From: an uncultured virus (IMG/VR IMGVR_UViG_3300028883_000045) | Taxonomy: Duplodnaviria > Heunggongvirae > Uroviricota > Caudoviricetes | Virus record (IMG/VR): IMGVR_UViG_3300028883_000045 | Reading direction: 5' to 3' (one strand) | DNA length: 64,000 bases | Position numbers and translations under genes: made by a program | Shown: positions 19,462 through 28,778 of the stretch, one piece after another | Numbering within the stretch: the stretch's first letter is position 1 | Layout: each line of letters begins with the position of its first letter | Notes under the pieces: generated by a model | The model's input: only the letters and a program-made list of their open reading frames with translations | Database searches by the model: none | What the model was told of the DNA's origin: nothing

Positions 19462-19850
19462 TGAAGTGCCGCGTAGTCTACAAACCTGACGGGACCGTGG
19501 CGGTGATTCATTACGCTCCGAAGTCGCGCCTGAGTTACGAAGACGCAATGGCGCGGGCCATGAAGCAGTTTCCCGGCTGCGACTTCGATGACATAGATAC
19601 CAGCGAACTGCCGCAGACGCGGGCTGACAGGAATGCGTGGCGGGGTGAAAAGGGGGTTGGGGTTCGGGTTGACGCGGGGGCGAAGGCGGCCCAGGATGCA
19701 GAAAAACGGGTTGCGCAGAAGCTCGAGGCCTACAAGCTCCGGGCCGCGCGCACAGAAGTCGAGGCGAGTGCGGATCCCGACAGGCAAACTATTTTGGACA
19801 AAATCGACGCGCAGCTCGCGGAGCTGCCACAAGTTGACCGAGTGAGGTGA
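19461..19850 (+). CDS. Fibre assembly chaperone-like protein
   Basis: DTSELPQTRADRNAWR motif; directly follows the fibre gene. Confidence 0.45.
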   Translation: MKCRVVYKPDGTVAVIHYAPKSRLSYEDAMARAMKQFPGCDFDDIDTSELPQTRADRNAWRGEKGVGVRVDAGAKAAQDAEKRVAQKLEAYKLRAARTEVEASADPDRQTILDKIDAQLAELPQVDRVR

Positions 19851-19853
19851 CGC

Positions 19854-20183
19854 ATGAGAGTACAGGGCAAAGAGTTTTCGCTATCCCACGTCGAGAGCAA
19901 CGCACCGGGTGAACACGTAGAGGTCTGGGTAGCCTCTGACGGACAGGTCATCAAGATCGGCTGCGAAGAGCGCGTTACTCCCGAGGTACTGGACTATCGC
20001 GAGCTTCGCCGGCGGGCCTACCCGCCGATCGGGGACCAGCTGGACGCGATCTGGAAGGCGCTCGGGTACCTCCAGATGAAGAAGAAGCTCAACCTCGTGG
20101 CCGAGGCCGACGACATTCTTGGCGCGATCCTCAACGTCAAGAAGCGCTACCCCAAAGACCCCGTGATCGTCCTGGAGGACTGA
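19854..20183 (+). CDS. Fibre-associated/chaperone-like protein
   Basis: YRELRRRAYPPIGDQLDAIWK motif typical of fibre-adjacent phage genes. Confidence 0.5.
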   Translation: MRVQGKEFSLSHVESNAPGEHVEVWVASDGQVIKIGCEERVTPEVLDYRELRRRAYPPIGDQLDAIWKALGYLQMKKKLNLVAEADDILGAILNVKKRYPKDPVIVLED

Positions 20184-20187
20184 GCGC

Positions 20188-20445
20188 ATGTTCGGCCGCA
20201 AACCCAAGTTCGTCAAGCCCCCACCCCCTCCCGAACCCTCCGAACCCGAGGTTGACGAGGAGCAGGAGACCCGTCCGCAGGAGCCTGTTGGGCCCGAGCC
20301 GGTCAGCAAGCTCTTTCCCGGCGGGCACCTCAGGGTCCATTACGTGCGCAACGGGTCGGGTACCAAGCGCATGATCGTGCCCGTCGAGGACCTGCCCAAG
20401 CACGTTGAGCGCTGGCTGCGCGAGAAAGCCGACCTGGAGCCGTAA
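20188..20445 (+). CDS. Hypothetical Pro-rich protein
   Basis: Operon packing. Confidence 0.45.
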   Translation: MFGRKPKFVKPPPPPEPSEPEVDEEQETRPQEPVGPEPVSKLFPGGHLRVHYVRNGSGTKRMIVPVEDLPKHVERWLREKADLEP

Positions 20446-22563
20446 ATGCCCTGGTACAACCCCCTCTCGTGGTTCGACGGCGGCAGTAGGCCTGCTGCCG
20501 AGCTGGAAGTCACGGAGGAGAACCTCAGCGCGCTTATGGGTGAGCAGGGCCTCAGGGATTCCGGCGAGGAGCTGGACGTCCTGTTCGACCTGAGACACCA
20601 GTACGTCGTAAGCTCCAACCCGGCCGGCCACTACGAGCAGCCCGGCGAGGACCACCGCAGGGGCGAGGGGTCCTGGCCCTACGTGATCCTGCGCATGAAC
20701 GCGGGGGCGATGCCCGACCAGTACGAACACGTCTCGGTCGAAGAGGATGACCCCGGCTGCACCCCGGAGGGGTACCTCCCGGGCGCGCTGATGCGCGCCC
20801 TCAAGAACGACATGCACATCCGGCGCTACAAGCCGCTCTGGGGCTGGCAGCGCGAGCTGGGGGAGGGCGAAGAGCACCCCGAAAAGCAGGTCCCCGAGTG
20901 CGCGGTCGGCGAGATCGGCACCCCGGTGCGCGAGGGCAGCAACATCAGGATACCGATCACGTTCGCACTGCCCAAGGGAGAGACCCGCGACGGGTACTTC
21001 GCCCAGAACGTGACTAACGCCCTCACGAACGATCCGTACCTCGGCGCGCAAGAGCTCGTCTCCGCGCTCCGGGCCGAGAACCTCGAAGAGATCTCCGAAT
21101 ATGACCGCGACGCGCTGAGACTGACACTCACCTGCGACCTCAAAGCGGACACCAAGGGCGAGCTGCACGAGGCATGGCGCGGGAAGAAGTCCGTAATAGA
21201 AAAGCGCCGTTGTCGGCGCATCACGCGCAGCTTCCTGGAGGGGCTGTCCGAAGACTGCCGGGTCAAGGACAGCAACCTCCCGAACATCTACTGCGTGACC
21301 GCGGCCATGCTCGCGACCGCCTTCGAGCCGGGCAGCGACGAGCACTTCAGGGCCGAGATCAAGCTGCGAGACACTCGGCAGAACACGATCAGGCAGGTGG
21401 GCTCGCTCTACGCGTTCGCGGTGATCCAGAATGCCATCAACGCTTCGGCGTCGGGTGACGGGGTCGAGGTCTACGGGAACGGCGGCACGCCGCTGGTCTC
21501 TGGCGACTACAACGAGAACTTGACTGATAATGCGCTGAACGGGGTACAGTTAATCGGGATGCTGGAGTCGGCTGACGGTATCATGCCTGCTATACGCATC
21601 CACAGTAATGCAGGCCAAGTGTTCACGGTCGCTGGAAATGATGGGTGGCACTTAGAAAACTTTGAGGTTGACGGTGAGTCTGGCGCGACTTACGGAATAC
21701 AGATGGCCAGTTTTATTGGTTCTGTATCCCGATGCGTTGTCCATGATTGCGTAACTGTTGGCATTGACACCGGCAATGACTCCGTTGCTGTTTCCAATTG
21801 TGTAGTGTATGACTGCGGCATTGGTTTTGACGACGGCACCACGCAATATGCCAGATTCGTCCACTGTACGGCAGTAGACAACACTGTCGGCTTTAACGGC
21901 CCCTTCGTTAACGACCTTTCGTGTCGCGCATGTCTCGCATCCGACAATGGGACCGACTACGTCAACGCTGTTGCCCAAGTCTGTGCATGGAACGTGTCCT
22001 CTGACCTGACCGCCCCCGGCGCAGGTTCCCGTACCGGCTTCACAAACAACAACTTCGTCAACTACGCGGGCGATGACTTCAGGCTTATCAAGCCGCAGAA
22101 TGCCACGGGCGCGGATATTGACGGCCGGCCATTAGTATCGGGCGATTACCTCGCCGCCCGCCGCTCCCGCAGCGACGCCGGCGCCAGCGTCTTCTTCGCC
22201 GGCGCGCACCACCCCATCACGGTGCCAACGGGCCTTGCCGCGACCGACCCGGGAACAGATGGGGACCTGGACGTCACGTGGACCAATGCGGCCAGCTACA
22301 CCGACAGTGAACTCTTGAAGATCTACGACAACACGGCCGGCACGCTGCTGGGCGTGTTCCTGGCCAGCGCCGGCACGGGCCGCATCACGGGGCTCACCAA
22401 CGGGACCGCCTACACGCTGGTCGCGCGGGCCACGGCCGAGAACCTGGTCGAAAGCGGGGACAGCAACACCGTCACCGAGACCCCCACCGGCGGGGGCGGG
22501 GGCGGGGGCGGTGGCATACGTCACGTTCGTGTGCTGGACAGGCTGATGCTAGACGTGAGGTGA
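20446..22563 (+). CDS. Multidomain protein: unknown N-terminus, right-handed beta-helix, FN3-like domain
   Basis: IQNAINAS.SGD.V.V cap; repeated xSxCVVxDC; PTGLAAT...VTWT...ITGLTNGTAYT.V.RA (FN3). Confidence 0.6.
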   Translation: MPWYNPLSWFDGGSRPAAELEVTEENLSALMGEQGLRDSGEELDVLFDLRHQYVVSSNPAGHYEQPGEDHRRGEGSWPYVILRMNAGAMPDQYEHVSVEEDDPGCTPEGYLPGALMRALKNDMHIRRYKPLWGWQRELGEGEEHPEKQVPECAVGEIGTPVREGSNIRIPITFALPKGETRDGYFAQNVTNALTNDPYLGAQELVSALRAENLEEISEYDRDALRLTLTCDLKADTKGELHEAWRGKKSVIEKRRCRRITRSFLEGLSEDCRVKDSNLPNIYCVTAAMLATAFEPGSDEHFRAEIKLRDTRQNTIRQVGSLYAFAVIQNAINASASGDGVEVYGNGGTPLVSGDYNENLTDNALNGVQLIGMLESADGIMPAIRIHSNAGQVFTVAGNDGWHLENFEVDGESGATYGIQMASFIGSVSRCVVHDCVTVGIDTGNDSVAVSNCVVYDCGIGFDDGTTQYARFVHCTAVDNTVGFNGPFVNDLSCRACLASDNGTDYVNAVAQVCAWNVSSDLTAPGAGSRTGFTNNNFVNYAGDDFRLIKPQNATGADIDGRPLVSGDYLAARRSRSDAGASVFFAGAHHPITVPTGLAATDPGTDGDLDVTWTNAASYTDSELLKIYDNTAGTLLGVFLASAGTGRITGLTNGTAYTLVARATAENLVESGDSNTVTETPTGGGGGGGGGIRHVRVLDRLMLDVR

Positions 22564-22566
22564 ATC

Positions 22567-22761
22567 ATGTCGGATTGCCGTGAGTGCCTGGATTACGTCC
22601 GCAAGCTCCGCGAACGCGCGCGAATGGCACAGAAGGACCTCGGGGACAACGGCAAGGACCTTGAGAGCCTGCACCAGATGCAGTTCTACGAGGGGCAGAT
22701 CCACCTGGCAGCGAGAATCGAGAGCTACCTTGAGAGGAGAGTCGAAGATGAGCAAGGCTGA
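22567..22761 (+). CDS. Hypothetical protein
   Basis: GAGG RBS; operon packing. Confidence 0.45.
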   Translation: MSDCRECLDYVRKLRERARMAQKDLGDNGKDLESLHQMQFYEGQIHLAARIESYLERRVEDEQG

Positions 22762-22933
22762 CAAGCAGACCCTCATGATCCTGGGCGGCATCGCCGCAGT
22801 TGTGGGGTTCGCCTGGTGGTTCAAGGGGCAGCTCGACATCCAGCGCCAGCTCGAGAACCCCACCCCACCCCACATCCAGGAGCACTACGACCACGTGGAC
22901 AGCATCCCGGAGGCGGTCCTCTATGAACGCTAA
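22748..22933 (+). CDS. Small single-TM protein
   Basis: GAGGAG RBS; LMILGGIAAVVGFAWWF. Confidence 0.5.
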   Translation: MSKADKQTLMILGGIAAVVGFAWWFKGQLDIQRQLENPTPPHIQEHYDHVDSIPEAVLYER

Positions 22934-23570
22934 ACAGCTGGCCGTCATGGGGTTGCTGGCGGTGCTGCTCGCCGGCTGTCCGGGCGGGGGAGGAACGCCC
23001 CATAACCCCGGAACCGGAGGGACCCCGGGCAACCCCAAGCCCCCGGCCAGCGTCAAGGACATCGATAAGCGACTCGCCGAAATCGAGCAGCGCGAACGCG
23101 AGCTTGCCGTCGAGAAGGCCAGCCTCAAGAAGCAGAGAGAGAATCTTCAGCAGGAGAAGTGGCAGGCGGCCCTGGGGTGGGCTATCGGGCTGGGGGTGTT
23201 CGGAGCCCTGGCCTGCGTGGTGCTCTTCTTCCTCGTGCCCTCGGGCCGCAAGACCTGGATCGGGCTGTTCATCGGCTGTGTCGCGCTGATCGGCGGGGCG
23301 TGGGGCATGAAGATCGTCTTGGAGTACCTGTGGGCCATCGCCATCGCGCTCGGAGCCGGGGTGATCGGGGCCCTCATCTGGTACCTGCGGCAGGAGAAGG
23401 ACGCCCGCCGGAAGGTCGTGAAGTTCATCGAGGGCAAGGCCAGGCAGGCCCCCGAGCTGCTCGACGACATGTCGAGGTACTACGACGCCACCACCAAGAA
23501 GATCATCAAGCTCGACCGCAAACAGCTGGGGCTGGTGCGGTCGGATGAGTCTGGGGGAGCCGCGAAATGA
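22923..23570 (+). CDS. Lipoprotein with coiled coil and 3 TM helices (possible spanin-like lysis protein)
   Basis: MNAKQLAVMGLLAVLLAG|C lipobox; heptad stretch; three hydrophobic segments. Confidence 0.6.
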   Translation: MNAKQLAVMGLLAVLLAGCPGGGGTPHNPGTGGTPGNPKPPASVKDIDKRLAEIEQRERELAVEKASLKKQRENLQQEKWQAALGWAIGLGVFGALACVVLFFLVPSGRKTWIGLFIGCVALIGGAWGMKIVLEYLWAIAIALGAGVIGALIWYLRQEKDARRKVVKFIEGKARQAPELLDDMSRYYDATTKKIIKLDRKQLGLVRSDESGGAAK

Positions 23571-23688
23571 CGAGCGCGCGGGCGCGAATGCCTCTCCGCA
23601 CTGACCCGGTCCGGATCGAGGCGAGCGCCATGGGTATAATGCGAGCCCGGGAGCGGCTCCCCCGCTAGTTTCAAGGGAGGTCCACCAG

Positions 23689-24063
23689 ATGCCAGAGCAC
23701 GAAACCAACCTGAACCCCGCGATCAACGGGGGAACCTACGTCTGCGGGAACCACGAGTCCTGTATGACCCACGTCTTCAACGCGATCGGCAAGAAGATCG
23801 GCTACGTGCAGCTGGTCTGGATCGTAAGCGTGCTGATGGGGGTCGTCGGGGGGTTCGGGGTCTGGATCTGGAACCGCACCGACCGGGTGGAAGTGGCCGC
23901 CATCCGGTCCGACAAGGACCTGGCGGTCCTCAAGACCGACCTCAACTACATCAAGAAAGCCCAGGCGGACACACAGCAGGCACAGCGCGCTCTCCGCGAG
24001 GACATGAAGCAGGAGTTCGACCGGCTATATCGAACTCTCAAGAATGGAGGATCGAACCCGTGA
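23689..24063 (+). CDS. TM plus coiled-coil protein (holin/lysis-like)
   Basis: GGAGG RBS; LVWIVSVLMGVVGGFGVWIW followed by coiled coil. Confidence 0.5.
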   Translation: MPEHETNLNPAINGGTYVCGNHESCMTHVFNAIGKKIGYVQLVWIVSVLMGVVGGFGVWIWNRTDRVEVAAIRSDKDLAVLKTDLNYIKKAQADTQQAQRALREDMKQEFDRLYRTLKNGGSNP

Positions 24064-24596
24064 GACAGGATCGCGTCTACAAGGCAGCCAGGGACATCGT
24101 CGAGATCCTCGAAAAGAACGTCCAGGGGGTCCGGCAGGCGATGGCCAGCGAGATCGAGGACCTGCTCAACAGCGTCGGGGCGCTCCTGGGCGAGCTGGAC
24201 GAAGAGCAGCTGAACAAGGCCAACATCCAGGACGTTCTGGCGTTCCTGCTCGACAGCCTGATCGGGGACGTGCTCGACTTCGGTGATGGGCTGCCAAGTG
24301 AGGCCGATGAGGACCTGATGGTGGCTCTCGAGGACTACATGCACGTCATGGAGCTGAAGTTCAACAGGAAGAGCAACGCCATCCGCTCCGAACGCCTGAG
24401 ACTGGTATTCGAGAACTTCTGGGAGGACAGCGGCGATGACGATGGGGAAGGGGAGCCGGATCATCACGAAGAGGGAAGCGGAGCGGCGCCGGAAGCAAAA
24501 ACTGACCAAGGAGAAACGCGGTCGCCAGCACCGAAGAGCGAAGAAAAACTCGCGCCTGAGACGGCGGATGTAGACGCCGAGGCCGAAGAAGAGTAG
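24060..24596 (+). CDS. Acidic helical hypothetical protein
   Basis: GTGA overlap; 178 aa. Confidence 0.55.
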   Translation: MRQDRVYKAARDIVEILEKNVQGVRQAMASEIEDLLNSVGALLGELDEEQLNKANIQDVLAFLLDSLIGDVLDFGDGLPSEADEDLMVALEDYMHVMELKFNRKSNAIRSERLRLVFENFWEDSGDDDGEGEPDHHEEGSGAAPEAKTDQGETRSPAPKSEEKLAPETADVDAEAEEE

Positions 24597-24603
24597 CCTC
24601 GCG

Positions 24604-25497
24604 ATGCGCCGCAACCCCCTGACCACCCGCAAGGTGCAGGTGCTCGACGCGCCTGATGATGCCAACGACATCATCGAGTGGCTGATGGGTGCCATGTACC
24701 TGTCTGAAGGGTACCACTACGAGCAGTCCCTATCCCGGCTGATGGCGATCAACGGGTGGCCCGAGGAGATGATCGGTCGGGGTTCGTTCGCGATTGTGCT
24801 TCGCGGCCGGCAGGCCTCGGGTACCGTGGTAAAGTTCACCAGCGACAAGCTCGACGGCCAGACCTGCGCGTACCTGTCCGAGCTGCAGCTCCGGGTCGGC
24901 AGCTTGCCGGGAGTGCCGAAAATCTACAGGGTCTCACGGGACGGTGAGCTTTACGCGATCCTGATGGAGCGGCTGGTGCCGCTGACCAGCCTCTACTCGC
25001 ACGTGTCCGACTTCGTAATTGCCCGCTTCCCCGATCTGGATCGCCGGGATCGCATGCAATTCGCGGCCATTTACGAATATGCAGTGCGCGAAACCCGCGC
25101 GGCCATCTCTCACGCCTTCGAAGTGAGCCTGGAAGACGCGCGCAATGATGCCGTGAACGAGGCTCGCCGAGAGGGCAAGCTGGGCCCCGGCACGAAAGAA
25201 GCCATTCTCGGGCAGATGGAAGTCTTTGCTGACGACCTGCGCGAAAACATGCCCATGGCCCCCACTGACCCGGCCGACGTGGCGCACACGGAAATGCTGG
25301 AGAACGCGGCCCAGGCGATCGAGAGCCTGATCGGTCTCGGGGTTGCGTGCCCGGACCTGCACGAGGGTAACTGGGGTGCTCGGCTTCACGCCGACCGGTC
25401 CACGCAACAGATCTTCATTGAATTCCTGGTCCTGGACTTCGGGATAAGCTCGTTTCCCGAGGGAGAAGAACTGAACATGGAGGTGCTGGAGCCATGA
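24604..25497 (+). CDS. Protein kinase-like (PKL fold) protein with N-terminal MRRNP
   Basis: IGRGSFAIV, VVKFT, ILMERL, DLHEGN and LDFG motifs in canonical order. Confidence 0.75.
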   Translation: MRRNPLTTRKVQVLDAPDDANDIIEWLMGAMYLSEGYHYEQSLSRLMAINGWPEEMIGRGSFAIVLRGRQASGTVVKFTSDKLDGQTCAYLSELQLRVGSLPGVPKIYRVSRDGELYAILMERLVPLTSLYSHVSDFVIARFPDLDRRDRMQFAAIYEYAVRETRAAISHAFEVSLEDARNDAVNEARREGKLGPGTKEAILGQMEVFADDLRENMPMAPTDPADVAHTEMLENAAQAIESLIGLGVACPDLHEGNWGARLHADRSTQQIFIEFLVLDFGISSFPEGEELNMEVLEP

Positions 25498-26453
25498 TGC
25501 GCGTACATCCCATGGACCCCGACGGCTACTGGGTGCTGCCCAGCGGCGAGCTCGTACCCCTGTACGAACATACTCACGTCGAGTACATCGAAGAATTCCC
25601 GGAGCAGTTCAGAATTGACGAGTTGCCCGACGACACGCTGAAGCTGTTCCCCATGGCGATCCGCAACGGCGCGATACGCCTGACGCTGGACTACGACACT
25701 GGTTCGGGCTACGCGGAGCGGCTGGCCGCGGAGATGGACACCACCCGCCCCATGAACCTGATCCGCCTCGCGGACGCGCTGCAGGAGATCGGATTCACAG
25801 AAGGCGAACTCTGGATCGAGGACCCGTTCCGGCCGAGGCGCCGCGGGGAAGCTGCGGCGCCGTGCGATGTCATCGTGCGTGCCGAGGACTTCATCGCACG
25901 GCCCAAGATCGACTGGACGCGGGCCCTGGTGCCCAACCCCTACCCCGAACTCGAAGAATCGCTCGTCTGGAGTGGCAACCCTGTAGTCCCCAAGGTCAGC
26001 AAGTACGAAGGCATGACCGTCCAGTACACCAACACCCGCAAGAAGCTCCGTCAGTGGGGCCAGATAACCAGCGGGGCGCGAATGCTGGACTTCGCGGTGG
26101 AAATGGACATGATGGACGAAGTCCGCGAGCGACTCTACGCGGTCTACACCAACATCAAGTACCGGCCGCTGGGCTACAGGTTGATCGGCGCCGGATCCCG
26201 GAGCGGAGCCCTGGTAGATCCCACTGTCGTCTTCGGGCCGGCCGTGGCGCTGCAGGCCTCGTGCCTGTTTATGGTCCACAATCATCCCTCAGGGGGGCGG
26301 GAGTTCAGCAGCGACGACAGGGCGATGACCTACAACCTGAAAAAAGGCGCGGAGATCCTGGGGATCAAGCTGGTCGACCACGTGCTGGTAACCTGGAGCG
26401 CCCAGACCGGGGCGCCGGTCCACCTGTCGATGGTAGAGGAAGGGCTGATTTGA
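25494..26453 (+). CDS. Two-domain protein: GYW..P.G domain, NP linkers, JAB/RadC domain
   Basis: HNHPSG...SSDD...GIKLVDHVLV JAB motif; LVPNP and WSGNP linkers. Confidence 0.75.
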   Translation: MMRVHPMDPDGYWVLPSGELVPLYEHTHVEYIEEFPEQFRIDELPDDTLKLFPMAIRNGAIRLTLDYDTGSGYAERLAAEMDTTRPMNLIRLADALQEIGFTEGELWIEDPFRPRRRGEAAAPCDVIVRAEDFIARPKIDWTRALVPNPYPELEESLVWSGNPVVPKVSKYEGMTVQYTNTRKKLRQWGQITSGARMLDFAVEMDMMDEVRERLYAVYTNIKYRPLGYRLIGAGSRSGALVDPTVVFGPAVALQASCLFMVHNHPSGGREFSSDDRAMTYNLKKGAEILGIKLVDHVLVTWSAQTGAPVHLSMVEEGLI

Positions 26454-26527
26454 TCCCCGGATTAGAAAACGTCCAGTCGTGGTGGATCGATCCGGAAGAG
26501 CTGACCTATGCCGAGTACCCGGAAGGT

Positions 26528-26562
26528 GTGGGCATGAAGTGGAACCCGCGATAATGGCCAAG
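26528..26562 (+). repeat. 35-bp direct repeat, copy 1
   Basis: GTGGGCATGAAGTGGAACCCGCGATAATGGCCAAG, identical at 27243-27277. Confidence 0.9.
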
Positions 26563-27252
26563 CCCAGAATTCGCAAGTATTACCCGACCTATGACGCTCG
26601 CGAAGAAGGCGAGGTGATGCTCGCACTGGGATCGCACTGGCGCGGGCCGAAGTTGTGGCTGGTGTGGCAGAGCGAGGACGACCTTTTCTGGCTGATGGGC
26701 TCCAGCCAAGGTGTCGTCGATGCTTACATCATCACCGATCGCGAAGGAAATTCGCTTTCGATAGACAGCCTGTGGATCGGCGGCGGTCGCAAGACTGGAC
26801 CGGATATCCTACACCAGGACGAGTGGAAGCTCACTTACGACGAAGACATGTCAGAGGAAGCAACGGCTAAAGGCCAGGCCCTTTCGCAAATGACGACCTT
26901 GGCCCTGATGATCGCTAAGCTGGCTGATGATCCCGATTTGCCGGAATACGATGACCGCGGCAACTGCATCAAGGACGCCCTTCTCAAGCGCCGCAACCAG
27001 TGGCTACGGTCACAGCGCGAAGATCTGGTCGCAGAACATAACCTTGATGTCGAACCTACCTACGAACACGATACATTTGAGCAGCTGTTCCAGTCAGCAG
27101 CGTGGACCTTTCAAGAGGAGTACGAGCAAAGCTTTGTATCCCAGCTTGCCAGGGATCTAGGCATCGACTTCGACTCAGCCGCGGAATGGATCCGCGAACA
27201 TTACCGCCGTCCCGACTACGATTACCAAGCCGAAATGGAGCAGTGGGCATGA
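26554..27252 (+). CDS. Acidic hypothetical protein between direct repeats
   Basis: ATG lies in repeat copy 1 and TGA in copy 2; lower GC. Confidence 0.6.
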   Translation: MAKPRIRKYYPTYDAREEGEVMLALGSHWRGPKLWLVWQSEDDLFWLMGSSQGVVDAYIITDREGNSLSIDSLWIGGGRKTGPDILHQDEWKLTYDEDMSEEATAKGQALSQMTTLALMIAKLADDPDLPEYDDRGNCIKDALLKRRNQWLRSQREDLVAEHNLDVEPTYEHDTFEQLFQSAAWTFQEEYEQSFVSQLARDLGIDFDSAAEWIREHYRRPDYDYQAEMEQWA

Positions 27253-27277
27253 AGTGGAACCCGCGATAATGGCCAAG
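27243..27277 (+). repeat. 35-bp direct repeat, copy 2
   Basis: Identical to 26528-26562. Confidence 0.9.
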
Positions 27278-27283
27278 TAATTC

Positions 27284-27311
27284 TTGACCGGACCCCCTGT
27301 CTGCAGATAAT
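27284..27311 (+). promoter_or_regulatory. Sigma70-like promoter
   Basis: TTGACC-16 nt-GATAAT before AGGAG RBS. Confidence 0.5.
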
Positions 27312-27331
27312 GGCGCCATAGGAGTTTAACC

Positions 27332-28420
27332 TTGGACCCAGCAGCTGCTACCCACGCCAACCAGTCTCGGATTATCGACGCTCAGCCCTGCCCGGGCGAG
27401 GCTTACCCCGAGAACTTCACTTTCACGGCCCGCGAGCTGGTCGGCCGGAGGTTCCTGCGCAAGGGACAGGAGATCCTCTGCGCCTACGTGGAGCACACTC
27501 CGGATCAGGGCCCCAAGGCCGAATTCATCCTGGACTTCACCAAGGAGTACCCCACCACGCTGGCCCTCGAGGCCGGCGAAGAGTGGGGCCCGGGAACCAT
27601 CCAGTGGGACCACAGCGTCAAGAACCTGGACATCATGGGCCGCTCCCTGAATCGCCTCCCGCACAAGGAGACCGTCTACTGCGTGGGAAGCGGCCCCTGC
27701 CTCATGAAGAATTGGGAGGAGCTTACCCGGGTAGACAAGTCCCGCGCCGCGATCGTGGGCTGCAACGAGCTCCTGCAGTACCTCCCGGCCGGCCTGCTCG
27801 ACTACTACATGGCGCTCGACCCCCGATGCCCGCCCAAGTGGTGGGCCGAGTACGACCTCTCGCGCACCACGGCGGTCCTGGGCCCCTGCGTGCCGCCGGA
27901 GATGGCGCGCGCTCCGTGGCGGGATGTGCTCTGGTACCGGCTCGGGTACCGTAACAAGCTCTCGAAGATGCTCGCCAACAAGCGCCCCTCTCTTCAGATC
28001 ATCAACCCCCGCTTCGGGATCGGCCCGGGCGAGCTGGAGCTGGCCTGGAAGTTCAAGCCCCGCAACGTGGTCCTGGTGGGCCACAGCTACGCCTACGATC
28101 GCGTTGACGGGGTGATCCACGAGCACATGAACGAACCTCTCACGCGCGACCGGTGGGAGACCTCCCTGCGGGCGGTGAACCCCTACTGCTGCGCAGACAT
28201 CAACGGCAAGAACGTGGTCACCGACTACCACATCCTGATCATCGGCATGATGACCCTCGCCTGCTGCCAGCTGCTGGCCGACGCGGGGGTCCGGGTCATC
28301 AACGCCTCGGAGGGCGGGATCCTCAAGAGCGCCTCGGACATTCCAGCCTACCGGGACCGGCCGATTTTCCCGGAGCGCGCCAGGCTGAAAGACGTGGTAG
28401 AGGAGCTGAATGCGACGTAA
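27332..28420 (+). CDS. Maf/DUF115 (MptE-like) putative nonulosonic acid transferase
   Basis: VGSGPCL, IVGCN, ALDP, VVLVG.SYAY, VINASEGG motifs. Confidence 0.7.
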   Translation: MDPAAATHANQSRIIDAQPCPGEAYPENFTFTARELVGRRFLRKGQEILCAYVEHTPDQGPKAEFILDFTKEYPTTLALEAGEEWGPGTIQWDHSVKNLDIMGRSLNRLPHKETVYCVGSGPCLMKNWEELTRVDKSRAAIVGCNELLQYLPAGLLDYYMALDPRCPPKWWAEYDLSRTTAVLGPCVPPEMARAPWRDVLWYRLGYRNKLSKMLANKRPSLQIINPRFGIGPGELELAWKFKPRNVVLVGHSYAYDRVDGVIHEHMNEPLTRDRWETSLRAVNPYCCADINGKNVVTDYHILIIGMMTLACCQLLADAGVRVINASEGGILKSASDIPAYRDRPIFPERARLKDVVEELNAT

Positions 28421-28760
28421 CCCGATCATTTGGCCCTGTTCTAGGAGAGCGAACATGAGCAAGCAGACATACCTCCTGGTCAAAGCCAGGAACACAGCTG
28501 AGCACACCCCCTTAGCAGAACTCGATTCTGTCCCCATCGGGTACCACGAAGACAGATGGATACTGCAGGACGCTCCGTATTCGCTCGTCGATTACGTGGA
28601 GCAGAACTTCCCGGACCTTGCCGACGAGGGCCCGGACGCATGCTCTATTGTAGCGCACTTGATCGTCGAAGCGCTCCTGGGTACCGTCGTTAGCGGGGGA
28701 CACATTGCCAGTACGCTGCTAGGGAAGTGCCAGTTTTACGGATCGCTCGTATACGAATGA
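28410..28760 (+). CDS. Hypothetical protein (ORF begins MRRNP; alternative start near 28454)
   Basis: ORF between the two Maf-like genes; AGGAG precedes the second ATG. Confidence 0.45.
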   Translation: MRRNPIIWPCSRRANMSKQTYLLVKARNTAEHTPLAELDSVPIGYHEDRWILQDAPYSLVDYVEQNFPDLADEGPDACSIVAHLIVEALLGTVVSGGHIASTLLGKCQFYGSLVYE

Positions 28761-28778
28761 GGAAACGGAGGACAACCC

